Source: a virus. From it: 64,000 nucleotides of DNA. The notes below the pieces were generated by a model. The model saw only the letters and a list, made by a program, of their open reading frames with translations. It was not told the origin of the DNA and did not search any database. Below, one piece after another: positions 1 through 9,949 of the stretch (positions within the stretch are counted from its first letter, which is position 1; each line of letters opens with the position of its first letter). The stretch is taken from positions 1 through 64,000 of IMG/VR virus record IMGVR_UViG_3300025326_000018, one strand, 5' to 3'. Both the position numbers and the translations under genes were made by a program.

Positions 1-20
1 AGATTACCGACCGTAAGGTT

Positions 21-380
21 TTGTACCGTCCGAAGAAATCCTGGCACCACGCTGAGAAACTTCCTGGCAGTGATTTCTCGACGGAATACAATATTCTCGA
101 TGATCTTCGTGGCGCGCATGCGATGGTTACCTATGGCAGCAATGCTGTCATGGAGGCGATAACTGCCGGCATTCCTGCAATCTGTCTCGGCGATGCTGTC
201 ACTGCTGGAATATCATCGCGGACACTGGAAGACGTAATTTCACCAAAGGAGGCAAGTGCAGAAGAAGTTAACGCTATACTGAACGATTTGGCGTATTGCC
301 AATGGAGTACTGACGAAATCAACGACGGGAAATTCTGGAGTACGTTGAATGGGTGCGTTCAAATACGAAAAGCGTTATAG
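21..380 (+). CDS. Capsule-polysaccharide-biosynthesis/GT-B-like protein, C-terminal part (likely starts before the window)
   Basis: YGSNAVMEAITAGIPAICLGDAV...LNDLAYCQWSTDEI mirrors TVGSSIVLESVLSGVPTIVLGDAV...LNDLAYHQWSWDEF of 10685-11521, so the two are paralogs. Confidence 0.6.
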   Translation: MYRPKKSWHHAEKLPGSDFSTEYNILDDLRGAHAMVTYGSNAVMEAITAGIPAICLGDAVTAGISSRTLEDVISPKEASAEEVNAILNDLAYCQWSTDEINDGKFWSTLNGCVQIRKAL

Positions 381-888
381 GGAACTTCACCAAGAGCATC
401 CGAAGTGGTTCAGTGGTGCTCTAAAACCAGTCTCAGTTCAGAATATTACTGACCTGGTGCGCGATACCGGAGCCAAGACCCTTCTTGATTACGGAAGCGG
501 GAAAGGCTATCAGTATCTTGCGACTCGTGTACATGAAGCCTGGGGCGGTATCCTTCCTGTATGCTACGACGTCGGTGTCATACAACTCAAGAATAAACCT
601 ACAGGTAGATTCGACGGAGCTATCTGCACAGATGTGATGGAACACATTGCGCACGACAACGTCGAAGAAGTTTTAGCAGACGTTTGCCAATACGCGACTA
701 AGTTTGCGTATTTCGCGATCTGCTGCCGGCCGGCGAGGAAGTCGTTCAATGACGGTGTCAACGTACACCTGACGGTCCGTACACCTCGGTGGTGGAACGA
801 TGTACTTAAAAAGTACAATCGCAAGAACTTTATCATCCGCGCGGACTACGAGGTTAACGATGATCCGACTTGTTACGACGACGAGTAA
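349..888 (+). CDS. Class I SAM-dependent methyltransferase
   Basis: Motif I LLDYGSGKG; FDGAICTDVMEHI. Confidence 0.85.
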   Translation: MGAFKYEKRYRELHQEHPKWFSGALKPVSVQNITDLVRDTGAKTLLDYGSGKGYQYLATRVHEAWGGILPVCYDVGVIQLKNKPTGRFDGAICTDVMEHIAHDNVEEVLADVCQYATKFAYFAICCRPARKSFNDGVNVHLTVRTPRWWNDVLKKYNRKNFIIRADYEVNDDPTCYDDE

Positions 889-1651
889 GAGAGGATACGA
901 CGAATACGGCCATCGCATGTTGAAGACCTTCCAGCGTTATTGGGCGAAGGAGATTAAACTCTACTTCTACAGCGAGGACATACCTCGGAACACGCTTCCC
1001 GTCATCGACAATGTTGTATATCGGCAGATTCCGGACTGGTATACAAAGTTCAAAGAGAAGTATTCTGCTGTCCCTGATGCTGTTGGTCGTGACAGAAGGA
1101 GGAATAGAGAAAAGCGAGAGTACGACTTCCGCCGAGATTGTTTGAAGTTCGGACACAAGGTCGCAGCCTTGACAGACGTAGCTTCAAACGTAGGAGAAGA
1201 TCTGCTGATCATGATCGATGCCGATACCTTGGCGCATGACAACGTCGATTGTGAATGGCTCTACAATCTATTTCGATCTGACACCTATCTCGCATGGTTG
1301 CATAGGAATCGTGGTTATCCTGAATGCGGCTTTATGATGTTCAAGTGTTGGCGCCCTGAGCATGTGCGATTCATGTCGGAGTTGCGGACGATATATGAAT
1401 CTGGAAAGATTTTTGAGGAGGATGAGACTCACGATTCTTACATCTTTCAGCAGATCGTTCGTAGGGGAATCGCTGAGGGTTGGATGACTGATCCCCACAG
1501 CCTATCGGGTGATGCCAGTCGCTACCATCATCCATTCGTTCGGTGTGAGCTTGCCGCTCGGCTTGATCATGCGAAGGGCGCTCGGAAGAAGATCGGCAGG
1601 ACGTCAAAAGTAGAAGTCAGGAATGAGAGACGGGAGCCTTATTGGAGATGA
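860..1651 (+). CDS. GT-A fold glycosyltransferase-like protein
   Basis: MIRLVTT...GY start, KFGHKVAAL, IMIDAD (DxD), ECGFMMF; start placed at ATG 860. Confidence 0.7.
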   Translation: MIRLVTTTSKRGYDEYGHRMLKTFQRYWAKEIKLYFYSEDIPRNTLPVIDNVVYRQIPDWYTKFKEKYSAVPDAVGRDRRRNREKREYDFRRDCLKFGHKVAALTDVASNVGEDLLIMIDADTLAHDNVDCEWLYNLFRSDTYLAWLHRNRGYPECGFMMFKCWRPEHVRFMSELRTIYESGKIFEEDETHDSYIFQQIVRRGIAEGWMTDPHSLSGDASRYHHPFVRCELAARLDHAKGARKKIGRTSKVEVRNERREPYWR

Positions 1652-2313
1652 AAGAAATTAAGGGGATGTGGTTCCCCGACGACGATACGCACTTCCAGCA
1701 TCACCTCGAGAGCAGCCCGATGCTCAATGAGAGAGGGACGTATCAGCTGAAGAAGCTTCAGGCTGCTGTGGGGTTCGTTCCCGAGTCTGCACGCGGCCTC
1801 GCGGTCGACGTCGGGGCCCATGTTGGACTGTGGTCGCATGTGCTCTCTACGATGTTCGAGGAAGTCGTAGCATTCGAGCCTCACCTCGCGCTTTACGAGT
1901 GTTGGAATCGCAACTGCAATGATATCGATAATGCGATATGCTACCATATGGCACTGTCGCATACGAACGACGATATCAGTATCGCGTATGTTCAAGGCAA
2001 CAGCGGCAACGCCCATGTTGTCGATAAGCCTGCGCAAGGCGCTAGTTTTACGCGCACGTACGCGTTGGACAACTTCCCTCTAGGTCGCAAGATCGATCTC
2101 CTCAAGATCGATGTAGAGGGCTGGGAATTATTTGTAGTACAAGGAGCAAAAAGAACAATACAAGAAGACAAGCCTGTCATTATACTCGAGCAGAAACCTG
2201 GGAATGCCGAACGATTCAACATCAGACGTTTGGCAGCCCTGGAGTATCTGATCGCACTTGGTTATAAACTTGTTTGGGAAAAGTCAGGAGATTACGTTGT
2301 CACCTACGCGTAG
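1648..2313 (+). CDS. FkbM-family methyltransferase
   Basis: AVDVGAHVGLWS, VVAFEP, LLKIDVEGWE; ATGA overlap with upstream gene. Confidence 0.9.
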   Translation: MKEIKGMWFPDDDTHFQHHLESSPMLNERGTYQLKKLQAAVGFVPESARGLAVDVGAHVGLWSHVLSTMFEEVVAFEPHLALYECWNRNCNDIDNAICYHMALSHTNDDISIAYVQGNSGNAHVVDKPAQGASFTRTYALDNFPLGRKIDLLKIDVEGWELFVVQGAKRTIQEDKPVIILEQKPGNAERFNIRRLAALEYLIALGYKLVWEKSGDYVVTYA

Positions 2314-3040
2314 CATTTTTATTGGGTTCGACTCTCGTGAGACTAATAACTTCGTCGTGTGCGTGAAGTCGGCGGTCGGCCACATGCGTGAGAGTATCGA
2401 GATCCGAGGCCTGGTTCTCGACACGCTTCGCCGGCAGGGGTTGTATACACGCAAGACGTCTGTGAGCAGCGAGGGCAAGTTGTGGGACTGCATCAGCGAG
2501 GCTCCAATGTCTTCGGAGTTCGCCAACTCCCGCTTCCTTGTTCCGGTCATCCAAAAGGAAGGTTGGGCATTGTTTGCTGACTGCGATACGATGTTCCTGG
2601 CCGATCCGGCCGACGTCTTCGCACTCGCCGATTCCTCCAAAGCTGTGATGTGCGTAAAGCATAATCACGTTCCTGTGGAGACCAAGAAGAAGAGCGGTGA
2701 GGTGCAGACGGTCTACCCAAGGAAGAACTGGTCTTCGGTGATGCTGTTCAACTGCGAGCATCCGGCGAACGAGAAGCTGACCGTTGAAATGGTCAACACT
2801 CTTCCTGGCCGGGACTTACATCGCTTCTGCTGGCTACAGGATGACGAGATCGGCGAGCTGCCGCCGACGTGGAACCACCTTGTTACCGTGAGCGAGCTTG
2901 CAATCGGCTCTGAGCCATTGAACTTGATTCACTGGACGCTCGGCAGTCCTGATATCCTCGCCCGTGAGAATACTGAATTCTACGATGACTACCATCGTGT
3001 ACTAAACTCGTGGGCGAATCGCGGTGGCTCCCTCAGCTAG
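2297..3040 (+). CDS. Phage glycosyltransferase (GT8-like)
   Basis: IFIGFDSRE, SSEFANSRFLVP, LFADCDTMF, YPRKNWSSVMLFN, WNHLV, IHWTLGSP; TTG start after AGGAG. Confidence 0.8.
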   Translation: MSPTRSIFIGFDSRETNNFVVCVKSAVGHMRESIEIRGLVLDTLRRQGLYTRKTSVSSEGKLWDCISEAPMSSEFANSRFLVPVIQKEGWALFADCDTMFLADPADVFALADSSKAVMCVKHNHVPVETKKKSGEVQTVYPRKNWSSVMLFNCEHPANEKLTVEMVNTLPGRDLHRFCWLQDDEIGELPPTWNHLVTVSELAIGSEPLNLIHWTLGSPDILARENTEFYDDYHRVLNSWANRGGSLS

Positions 3041-3578
3041 GGTTATAGCCTTCGTTCTCGGAGGTGCTAAGTGCGTCTGGGCTGACCTTGCGTCAGCCCA
3101 GGATCTGTGTATGCCTGACATGGTGGTTGTCGTCAACGACATCGGTATCGACTACCCAGGAAAAATAGATCACTGGGTTTCATATCATTCGGATCAGTTG
3201 GGCAAGTGGTCTAGGGAGCGAGCGGCGCGTGGATTAGATCCAGCAGGCACATATTGGGCAGGGAAGGGCGGCCCAACGCGGGCGGCTCCAAAGGGAACGC
3301 GGACCGTGAACGCGGTTGGGGGATCGTCCGGCATGCTGGCAGCGTTCGCAGCCTTGCGAGCTGGCGCGACAGCGGTCGTTTTGTGCGGCGTGCCTATCGA
3401 CCCGGCGATGCCCCATTACCACGCTCACAAGCGGGGTCTGCCGTGGACAGAGGCTTCCAAATATCAGAAGCATTGGATCGCAGCTAAAGAATCAGAGTTC
3501 AGGGATCGAGTACGGAGCATGAGTGGTTGGACAGCCACTCTTTTAGGTTCCCCTACTGTTGAGTGGTTGGAGGGTTAG
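3024..3578 (+). CDS. Maf/MptE-like (glycosyltransferase-associated) protein
   Basis: FVLGGA...VVVVND...GSSGMLAAFAALRAGATAVVLCGV pattern; lies in the GT cluster. Confidence 0.45.
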   Translation: MAPSARVIAFVLGGAKCVWADLASAQDLCMPDMVVVVNDIGIDYPGKIDHWVSYHSDQLGKWSRERAARGLDPAGTYWAGKGGPTRAAPKGTRTVNAVGGSSGMLAAFAALRAGATAVVLCGVPIDPAMPHYHAHKRGLPWTEASKYQKHWIAAKESEFRDRVRSMSGWTATLLGSPTVEWLEG

Positions 3579-5642
3579 ATGCAGTTTATTCCGCAGTCTC
3601 GAATCGTGCAGTGCAAGCACGCCGTTCTAGGTAAGGCCTTACCTCCCGATGTGCGACGTATCGTTACATTCGAGACCGGTCAAGAGACTCTGATTCGCGC
3701 AGCCTTCAATACATTTCTGGAGGGCTGTAAGTCAGATGATGTGGTCGGCAAGTTCCGTGACATGTACGCCGCCAACAGGCTTGTGCAGTGCTTATCCGTC
3801 ACCGACGATCTTGTAGAAGACTTTTCAGAGGTTCTTCCTACCGTCTTCGAGAACGCAGGAAACTTCGAGACGCGCTGGCTGATTAAAGAATTGGATATCA
3901 CGCAAGTCAAGAAGATAGAAGTTAGCCCGACAGTCAATCTATCGTTCGATCCTGGTAGTGCTGATGCTGCACGCTTGATGCGTCAATCACTTCTTGAATT
4001 CATTCGTGAGATAGTAGATGCGCAAAGGAAAGCAATTCGTACTGTCCTCGCACGTGCGTTGAAAGAAGGTATGAGTCCCATCGAGGCCTCAAGGTTGTTT
4101 CGTGATCAGATTGGCTTGACACAACGCCAGATGGGAGCAGTCTCCAACTATCGTAGCCTTCTACAGAGTGGAAGTTCGGAAGCGCTGGATCGTACTCTTC
4201 GGGATCGTCGATTTGATTCCTCTGTATCTCGTGCAATCGATCGAGGTGTTCAATTATCTACTTCTCAAATCGATAGGATGGTGGGTCGCTACCAGGAACG
4301 GATGTTGTCTATGCGCGCGGAAACTATCGCGCGTACGGAGATGCTGAGTACGACCAATGTGGCACGACATCAAGCGATGATGCAGACGGCTACTAAAGTT
4401 GATTTGGAGATGGGCCGCATCCGCCGCACCTGGCGTACGAATGTAGATGGTCGTGAGCGTCAGACACACTTCTTTCTAAACAAACAAGAGCGCGGTGCTG
4501 AAGAACATTTCGTTAGCGTATCTGGTGCGAAATTGATGTATCCTGGAGATAGATCAGCACCAGCGGCGGAGACTATTCAATGCCGCTGTACTACGCTCAC
4601 GAAAATACTTCCACCGGGTCAGAGTACAGCGTTACAACGCCCGATTGTTGTTACGCCAAAACCTGCCCCTCCGCCAATATACACGAGTCTTAAAACCTCG
4701 TACGATACTGACTACGCTGATGGCTTTGTCACCTTTGCTGATAATGATGCAGCACGAGGAGCATTCAATCAGCTGAACTCGCAGGTGGCTGATGTTCTAA
4801 AGAATGTAGAAGCTGCTCAAATTGCTGAAGCAGACAAGATACTCAGCGCGGCCTTGAAGACGGCGGAGGCTTTAGAACTTGCTGAATTGAAAGCGGCAAA
4901 GAAGTATACTGAGGTTGTTCGACAAGCTGCAAAGAACCGTGGCATCACGTCGACATCAACTAAGACTATCGCCGGTGAAGATGTTGTACAGGCTGCTAAG
5001 TATGAATATGGTGTGCCTACAACAGTTACGAAACCTCCGAAAGGTACTGGGAAAAATCCAGAAGATTTTATCAGTAATTTGAAAACAATGGAGATGCGTG
5101 AACTTTTAGACGATTTGTATAAAGAAGGTTTCACGGCAAAATTAACACTAGCCGAAATGGATACGCTAAAGCACTACACTTCTGGTTACGGTTATGAAAT
5201 AATCAATAAACAGGTAGTGAAGCGGTTGCGGTACGGTGACGCTCCATTCCTTGGTTATGCTGATACGATGCGTAGTGCCGACAGGATGATAGCTGAGCTT
5301 GACAGTGCTTTTGCAAAAGCCGTTCTCGCTGAGGACGTCATCGTCTACCGCGGCATGAAGGGCAGTAGGTGGAAACGCACCTTTGCGAGCTTGCAAATTG
5401 GGCAAACAGTGCTTATAGATCAAGCTGTGTTAAGCACTAGCATGAGCAGGAGCTTTGCGGCGAATTGGATACACGGCAGCGGTTTTGTTGTCGAGATTCT
5501 TCTTCCTAAGGGCTCTAGAGCGATCTCCATGGAAAAGTTGACATCCAACAAAACCGAATTCGAAATACTTCTTGATAGAGGTTCCAAGTTTATCGTTCGA
5601 GAAATTAAAGCGAATGCAGTAGTTCTCGAACTACTACCATAG
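3579..5642 (+). CDS. Minor head (MuF/SPP1 gp7-like) protein fused to a VIP2/C3-type ADP-ribosyltransferase domain
   Basis: RAETIARTE, RRTW...DGRER..H, YPGD...ETIQCRC (MuF); C-terminal VYRG, STS and EFEILL (R-S-E triad). Confidence 0.9.
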   Translation: MQFIPQSRIVQCKHAVLGKALPPDVRRIVTFETGQETLIRAAFNTFLEGCKSDDVVGKFRDMYAANRLVQCLSVTDDLVEDFSEVLPTVFENAGNFETRWLIKELDITQVKKIEVSPTVNLSFDPGSADAARLMRQSLLEFIREIVDAQRKAIRTVLARALKEGMSPIEASRLFRDQIGLTQRQMGAVSNYRSLLQSGSSEALDRTLRDRRFDSSVSRAIDRGVQLSTSQIDRMVGRYQERMLSMRAETIARTEMLSTTNVARHQAMMQTATKVDLEMGRIRRTWRTNVDGRERQTHFFLNKQERGAEEHFVSVSGAKLMYPGDRSAPAAETIQCRCTTLTKILPPGQSTALQRPIVVTPKPAPPPIYTSLKTSYDTDYADGFVTFADNDAARGAFNQLNSQVADVLKNVEAAQIAEADKILSAALKTAEALELAELKAAKKYTEVVRQAAKNRGITSTSTKTIAGEDVVQAAKYEYGVPTTVTKPPKGTGKNPEDFISNLKTMEMRELLDDLYKEGFTAKLTLAEMDTLKHYTSGYGYEIINKQVVKRLRYGDAPFLGYADTMRSADRMIAELDSAFAKAVLAEDVIVYRGMKGSRWKRTFASLQIGQTVLIDQAVLSTSMSRSFAANWIHGSGFVVEILLPKGSRAISMEKLTSNKTEFEILLDRGSKFIVREIKANAVVLELLP

Positions 5643-5648
5643 GTGGAG

Positions 5649-5813
5649 ATGATGGCAAGAACAAAGAAGGTTGCACAGAAGAAAGTAGTGAGTAGATTCG
5701 TCTGGGATGACAGCGAACGGGAGTTTGATATCATTCGTTACGACGACGAAGCTCGGAGGAAAACTATAGAGGCGCTGCTCGCCGAGAGCCGTGCAATGCT
5801 AAAGACTTCATAA
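5649..5813 (+). CDS. 54-aa ORF, candidate immunity protein for the MuF-ART
   Basis: MMARTKKVAQKKVVSRFVWDDSEREFDIIRYDDEARRKTIEALLAESRAMLKTS; GGAG upstream; starts 7 nt after the toxin stop. Confidence 0.5.
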   Translation: MMARTKKVAQKKVVSRFVWDDSEREFDIIRYDDEARRKTIEALLAESRAMLKTS

Positions 5814-5983
5814 CAATCTATCGAGAATGAATGGCTCCATGGATTTCGGAGCCATTCGCATGTTTCGTCGAATTTTCCTATATTGCGTCACGTAAAGGGG
5901 TATGCTACTTTTGTCGTCCTACGAGGACCGGCCCCTACCGCACTACGGTGGCTGCCAGCGCTCTCCGTAGCTCCCCAGCACAT

Positions 5984-7156
5984 ATGCCATGGCAATCGAA
6001 CGCTGACCTTCCTGAGTCGGTGAGATCAGCTCTCCCCGAGGCAGCACAGACTGTATTCAGAGAAGTCGCAAACTCTCAAATAGAATCCGGAGCATCCGAA
6101 CCCGTTGCCAAGCAATCGGCATGGGCGGCGGTCAAGGAAAACTGGGAGAGGGGTGACGATGACCGGTGGATTGCCAAGATTGGTGCGCGGAATTCCCGTA
6201 ACGATCTTACAGACATCCAATCAATACATAATGCTGCTGTACGGCTTGGTGCTGTATGCGAAGCTCATGGTCCTGGGATTGAGAAACGTTCAGCTGAACG
6301 TTCGATGTATGTCAGTCGTCGTTTAATCAATTCCGATGAGTTTATTAAGTGGGCGAAGGCACAGGGATTCAAGACAGTGCTACAGCCTGGAGACCTTCAC
6401 GTAACCATCGCGTACTCGCACGCTCCGCTTGAGTGGCCCGCTTCCGTGACTTCTACTCTTGCTGCTGAGGATACAGCTGGGCGGGAAGTTGTCGCGTTGG
6501 GTGATGGTGGTGCTGTCGTTCTGCAATTCAAATCTAATGAGTTGAACGAGCGCTGGGATTATCTGCGCTCCGTTGGTGCGACCTGGGATCACTTCCAATA
6601 CACCCCGCACGTGACGATATCCTGGGATGCCGGTGACGTTGATCTTACCAAGGTGCATCCCTTTACAGGTGTGCTGCTCTTCGGTCCTGAGCGCTTCAAC
6701 GTTGTAAAAGATGATTGGCACGATTCGATCACCGAGAAGGTGTTCCACGTTGCCAAGGTCGAGGAAGTCAACGAAGAACTCGGTATCGTCTTCGGTTGGG
6801 CAATCATCTCGAAGATTCGCGGCAAGGAGTATTTTGACGTCCAGGGCGATCACATTCCTGAGGATTCGATGCTCGTCGCTTCGGCCAACTACATGCAGAA
6901 ATCCCGCATCGGTGGACACATGCATCGCTATCGGGGAAATGATGCGGAGTCAGTAGAACGTGCCGGAGAAGTAATCTTCGCATTTCCCTTGACAACAGAT
7001 ATTGCGAAGGCGATGGGTATTGCTTCCCCAACTACAGGATTGATGATCGGCATGAAAGTAGACCGGCCTGACATCCTCGAGAAGTTTAAGAACGGGACGT
7101 ACACCGGGTTTAGTATTGGCGGTCGCCGGTTACTTGATGAAGAGGTAGGCGCATGA
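5984..7156 (+). CDS. ChaB + Acb1-like 2H phosphoesterase + XkdF-like prohead protease fusion
   Basis: MPWQSNADLPESVR...AWAAVK (ChaB); two HxT motifs LHVTIAYS and PHVTISW; GIVFGWA...DVQGD...MH...GFSIGG (XkdF). Confidence 0.8.
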   Translation: MPWQSNADLPESVRSALPEAAQTVFREVANSQIESGASEPVAKQSAWAAVKENWERGDDDRWIAKIGARNSRNDLTDIQSIHNAAVRLGAVCEAHGPGIEKRSAERSMYVSRRLINSDEFIKWAKAQGFKTVLQPGDLHVTIAYSHAPLEWPASVTSTLAAEDTAGREVVALGDGGAVVLQFKSNELNERWDYLRSVGATWDHFQYTPHVTISWDAGDVDLTKVHPFTGVLLFGPERFNVVKDDWHDSITEKVFHVAKVEEVNEELGIVFGWAIISKIRGKEYFDVQGDHIPEDSMLVASANYMQKSRIGGHMHRYRGNDAESVERAGEVIFAFPLTTDIAKAMGIASPTTGLMIGMKVDRPDILEKFKNGTYTGFSIGGRRLLDEEVGA

Positions 7157-8403
7157 GTAAGGGTAAGAACAAAGAACAGAAGATTATGCGCGCTTTTGAG
7201 ATCGGCGAAATCAGTGCTGTTGATACTCCGGCCCAACAGGGCGCACTCATGCGCATTGCCAAAAGTGCGGATGGAGATGTTGATATGACGAAACTCGATA
7301 TTGGAGCCCTTACAAAACGATATATTGATCCGATGGATGGCGCCGTTCCGTTCTCGACTGTTCTTTCCGAGACGATGCGATGCGAGCAGTATTACGAAGC
7401 GCTTGAGCACGTTGGGCCCATTATCAATGCAATGGAAACGTCGCTCAGATCGATTGCCGGAGATCCTGTTACTCCTCCGGAAACTAAACTTACCATGGCT
7501 AGGAACACGGTAGAAGATTTCATGTCCGTTATCAGACGGATGTGGAGCGAAGCCGACATGGTAATGATGTCAGCTTTGGGTAAATCAACTGAGGAGATTG
7601 AGGATATGGCGAAGGTGTTGACCACCGAGCAGATGAAGGTTCAGATTTCTGATCTGGAGAAGAAGCTCGAGGATCTCACGAAGGCTTCTACGGATGCTGG
7701 TGTGGCTGCTGAACTGACGACTCAGGTCGAATCCCTGACTGCTAAGGTCGAGGAGCTCACCACTTCGCTCGAGGTGGAGACCGCTAAGGCCTCGATGAAC
7801 GACCAGGAAAAGGCTTACATGTCCAGCCTGGGCCGCGAGGAGCAGAAGGCTTTCCGCGGTTTGTCGGCCGGCGATCGCAAGAAGAAGATGGGCAAGGCTG
7901 CCGACGACGAGACCCTGACGGTCAAGGGCCAGACGATTCGGAAGTCTTCGGTCGGCGACGAGATGTTCGCTATCCTGAAGGCGCAGTCCGAGGAAATCGA
8001 GTCGGCGGTGAAGTCGGCCGCTACCGAGAAGGCTGCTCGCCAGATGGGCGAATACGAGAAGGTGGCCAAGGCTGCTTACACGAACCTGCCCGGCACCGAT
8101 ATCGAGAAGGCCCACGTCCTGAAGGGGATCGAGAGTCTTTCCGAAGATGTTCAGGCTTCCATCGTGAAGATGCTGGCGGCCGGCGAGGGTGCCATCAAAT
8201 CGGCGTTCACTCGTCTCGGTGATGGTGGCGGCGAAGACATCGGCCGGCAGTCGGGCCTGCGGAAGGGTGCTTCGCATCCGTTCATGGGCAAGGTGCGTGA
8301 AATCCAAAAGCGTGACAGTCTCGGCCACGCCGCTGCGATGACCAAGGCGCGCACGGAATACCCGGACGAGTTCGCTGCGTATCGTGAGTCCGACGCCAAC
8401 TAG
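7153..8403 (+). CDS. Capsid scaffolding protein
   Basis: EISAVDTPAQQGA N-terminus, long coiled coil; lies between protease and capsid genes. Confidence 0.65.
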   Translation: MSKGKNKEQKIMRAFEIGEISAVDTPAQQGALMRIAKSADGDVDMTKLDIGALTKRYIDPMDGAVPFSTVLSETMRCEQYYEALEHVGPIINAMETSLRSIAGDPVTPPETKLTMARNTVEDFMSVIRRMWSEADMVMMSALGKSTEEIEDMAKVLTTEQMKVQISDLEKKLEDLTKASTDAGVAAELTTQVESLTAKVEELTTSLEVETAKASMNDQEKAYMSSLGREEQKAFRGLSAGDRKKKMGKAADDETLTVKGQTIRKSSVGDEMFAILKAQSEEIESAVKSAATEKAARQMGEYEKVAKAAYTNLPGTDIEKAHVLKGIESLSEDVQASIVKMLAAGEGAIKSAFTRLGDGGGEDIGRQSGLRKGASHPFMGKVREIQKRDSLGHAAAMTKARTEYPDEFAAYRESDAN

Positions 8404-8473
8404 TCGAGAGGGCTGGGTGTAGAATCTCAGCCCCCGACCTTGATTCCTTACTGAAGATTTGGAGAAAACGGAA

Positions 8474-8842
8474 ATGGCAATCTTTCGTGTGCCTGCGGAA
8501 TTCATGTATTCGGAGACGGCTGGTGAAGATTTCACCGGTGATCTGAATAAAATCGTCGCACTCAACCAGCAGCAGAAGTTGGTTCTCGCCGGCAACGGTG
8601 CGTTGGCGATCGGCACCCTGTACGAGGAGGCTGTTGCTGACGAGCCGGCCACCATTCAGATGCTCGGCATCGCCAAGGTGAAGCTCGGTGGCACGGTTCA
8701 GGCCGGTCAGCGTGTGATGTCCAATGCGTCCGGCCTTGGTGTCGCAGCGACTTCGGCGCTCTACTCGATCGGCGTCGCACTCGTGGCTGGTGTTTCCGGC
8801 GACGTGATTCCGGTCACGCTGATCCCGGGCACTGTGGCGTAA
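8474..8842 (+). CDS. Head decoration/cement protein (DUF2190-like)
   Basis: Small Gly/Ala-rich beta protein (GIAKVKLGGTVQAGQRVMSNASG) just before the MCP. Confidence 0.7.
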   Translation: MAIFRVPAEFMYSETAGEDFTGDLNKIVALNQQQKLVLAGNGALAIGTLYEEAVADEPATIQMLGIAKVKLGGTVQAGQRVMSNASGLGVAATSALYSIGVALVAGVSGDVIPVTLIPGTVA

Positions 8843-8890
8843 CTCTTTCGAGTCGCGATCAGGTTTAATCTGGTTCTGGAGTAGAAGTAT

Positions 8891-9898
8891 ATGCGTATTC
8901 AAAAGAATTCCCCTTCGGCAACGAACATCGAAGGGACGTTGCACATCGACCGCTACCTGACCGACTTCTCCGTGATGTTCGTTCAGGATTCGGCGCGGTT
9001 CATCGCACAGAGCTGCGCCTCGGTGATTCCGGTCCTCAAACAGACCGACAAGTTCGTCGTTTACGATCGCGGTTACTTCTGGCGCGATGAGGCTGCTCCC
9101 CGCCCGCTCGGTGGTCGTCCCGTTCAGGTCGGCTACAAGATCGGTGAGGGCACCTACAGCGCTGTCGAGTTCGCGCTGGAGCATACTGTCGATGACCGTC
9201 AGCGCGCGAACGCCGACGATCCGATCCGGCTCGACGAGAACGCCACGATCCTGCTCACGCAGAAGCATCTCATCAAACAGGACCGTGTCTGGGCGCAGAA
9301 CTTCTTCCGCACCGGCGTCTGGACCACGAACTATGAAGGTGTCGCCTCAACTCCCGGCAACCTCCAGTTCCTGCAATTCAGCGATGCCTCCTCCGATCCG
9401 ATCGGCGTTATCGATGCGGCGAAGGATGCGATGAACGAACTTACCGGCTACATGCCGAATAAGCTCGTTCTTGGTGCCGACGTGAAACGGACTCTGCGCT
9501 CCCATCCCGATATCGCTGACCGCATCAAATACGTCCAGCACGGCGTGGCCGACGATATGATCCTGGCAGCCCTGTTCGACGTCGACCAGGTCGTGACTGC
9601 TCGTTCTGTCTACAATGCGGCGGCCGAAGGTGCCACGGACAGCTTCAACTTCATCGTCGACAAGAAGGCGATGCTGCTGGCGTACATCGAGCCGAATCCC
9701 GGTCTCGACTCTCCGACGGCAATTGCCAACTTCGCCTGGACCGGCCTGATCCCCGGCGCCACGAATGCGATGGGCGGCGTCATCGAGTCCGGTCGTGACG
9801 ATCGCGCGCACAGCGACTTCTTCCAGGGTCGTATGGCGTGGGATCTTCAGCGCGTGTCGGCCGACCTCGGCGTGTTCTTCAACGACGTGGTGATCTAA
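8891..9898 (+). CDS. Major capsid protein
   Basis: 335 aa with strong codon bias; HIDRYLTDFSV, PIGVIDAA...PNKLVLG; position in module. Confidence 0.85.
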   Translation: MRIQKNSPSATNIEGTLHIDRYLTDFSVMFVQDSARFIAQSCASVIPVLKQTDKFVVYDRGYFWRDEAAPRPLGGRPVQVGYKIGEGTYSAVEFALEHTVDDRQRANADDPIRLDENATILLTQKHLIKQDRVWAQNFFRTGVWTTNYEGVASTPGNLQFLQFSDASSDPIGVIDAAKDAMNELTGYMPNKLVLGADVKRTLRSHPDIADRIKYVQHGVADDMILAALFDVDQVVTARSVYNAAAEGATDSFNFIVDKKAMLLAYIEPNPGLDSPTAIANFAWTGLIPGATNAMGGVIESGRDDRAHSDFFQGRMAWDLQRVSADLGVFFNDVVI

Positions 9899-9918
9899 GC
9901 TAGTAATTGACTAGCTTT
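9898..9918 (+). terminator. Hairpin after the MCP gene (possible terminator)
   Basis: AGCTAGT-aattg-ACTAGCT followed by TT. Confidence 0.45.
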
Positions 9919-9949
9919 AGTACTATAGATTAATCCTGGAATAAAAGGA

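Noticed and set aside
5831-5983. N-terminal extension of the protease ORF given in the ORF track
   Set aside because: The ChaB-like sequence begins at ATG 5984; the upstream part looks like intergenic/promoter DNA.
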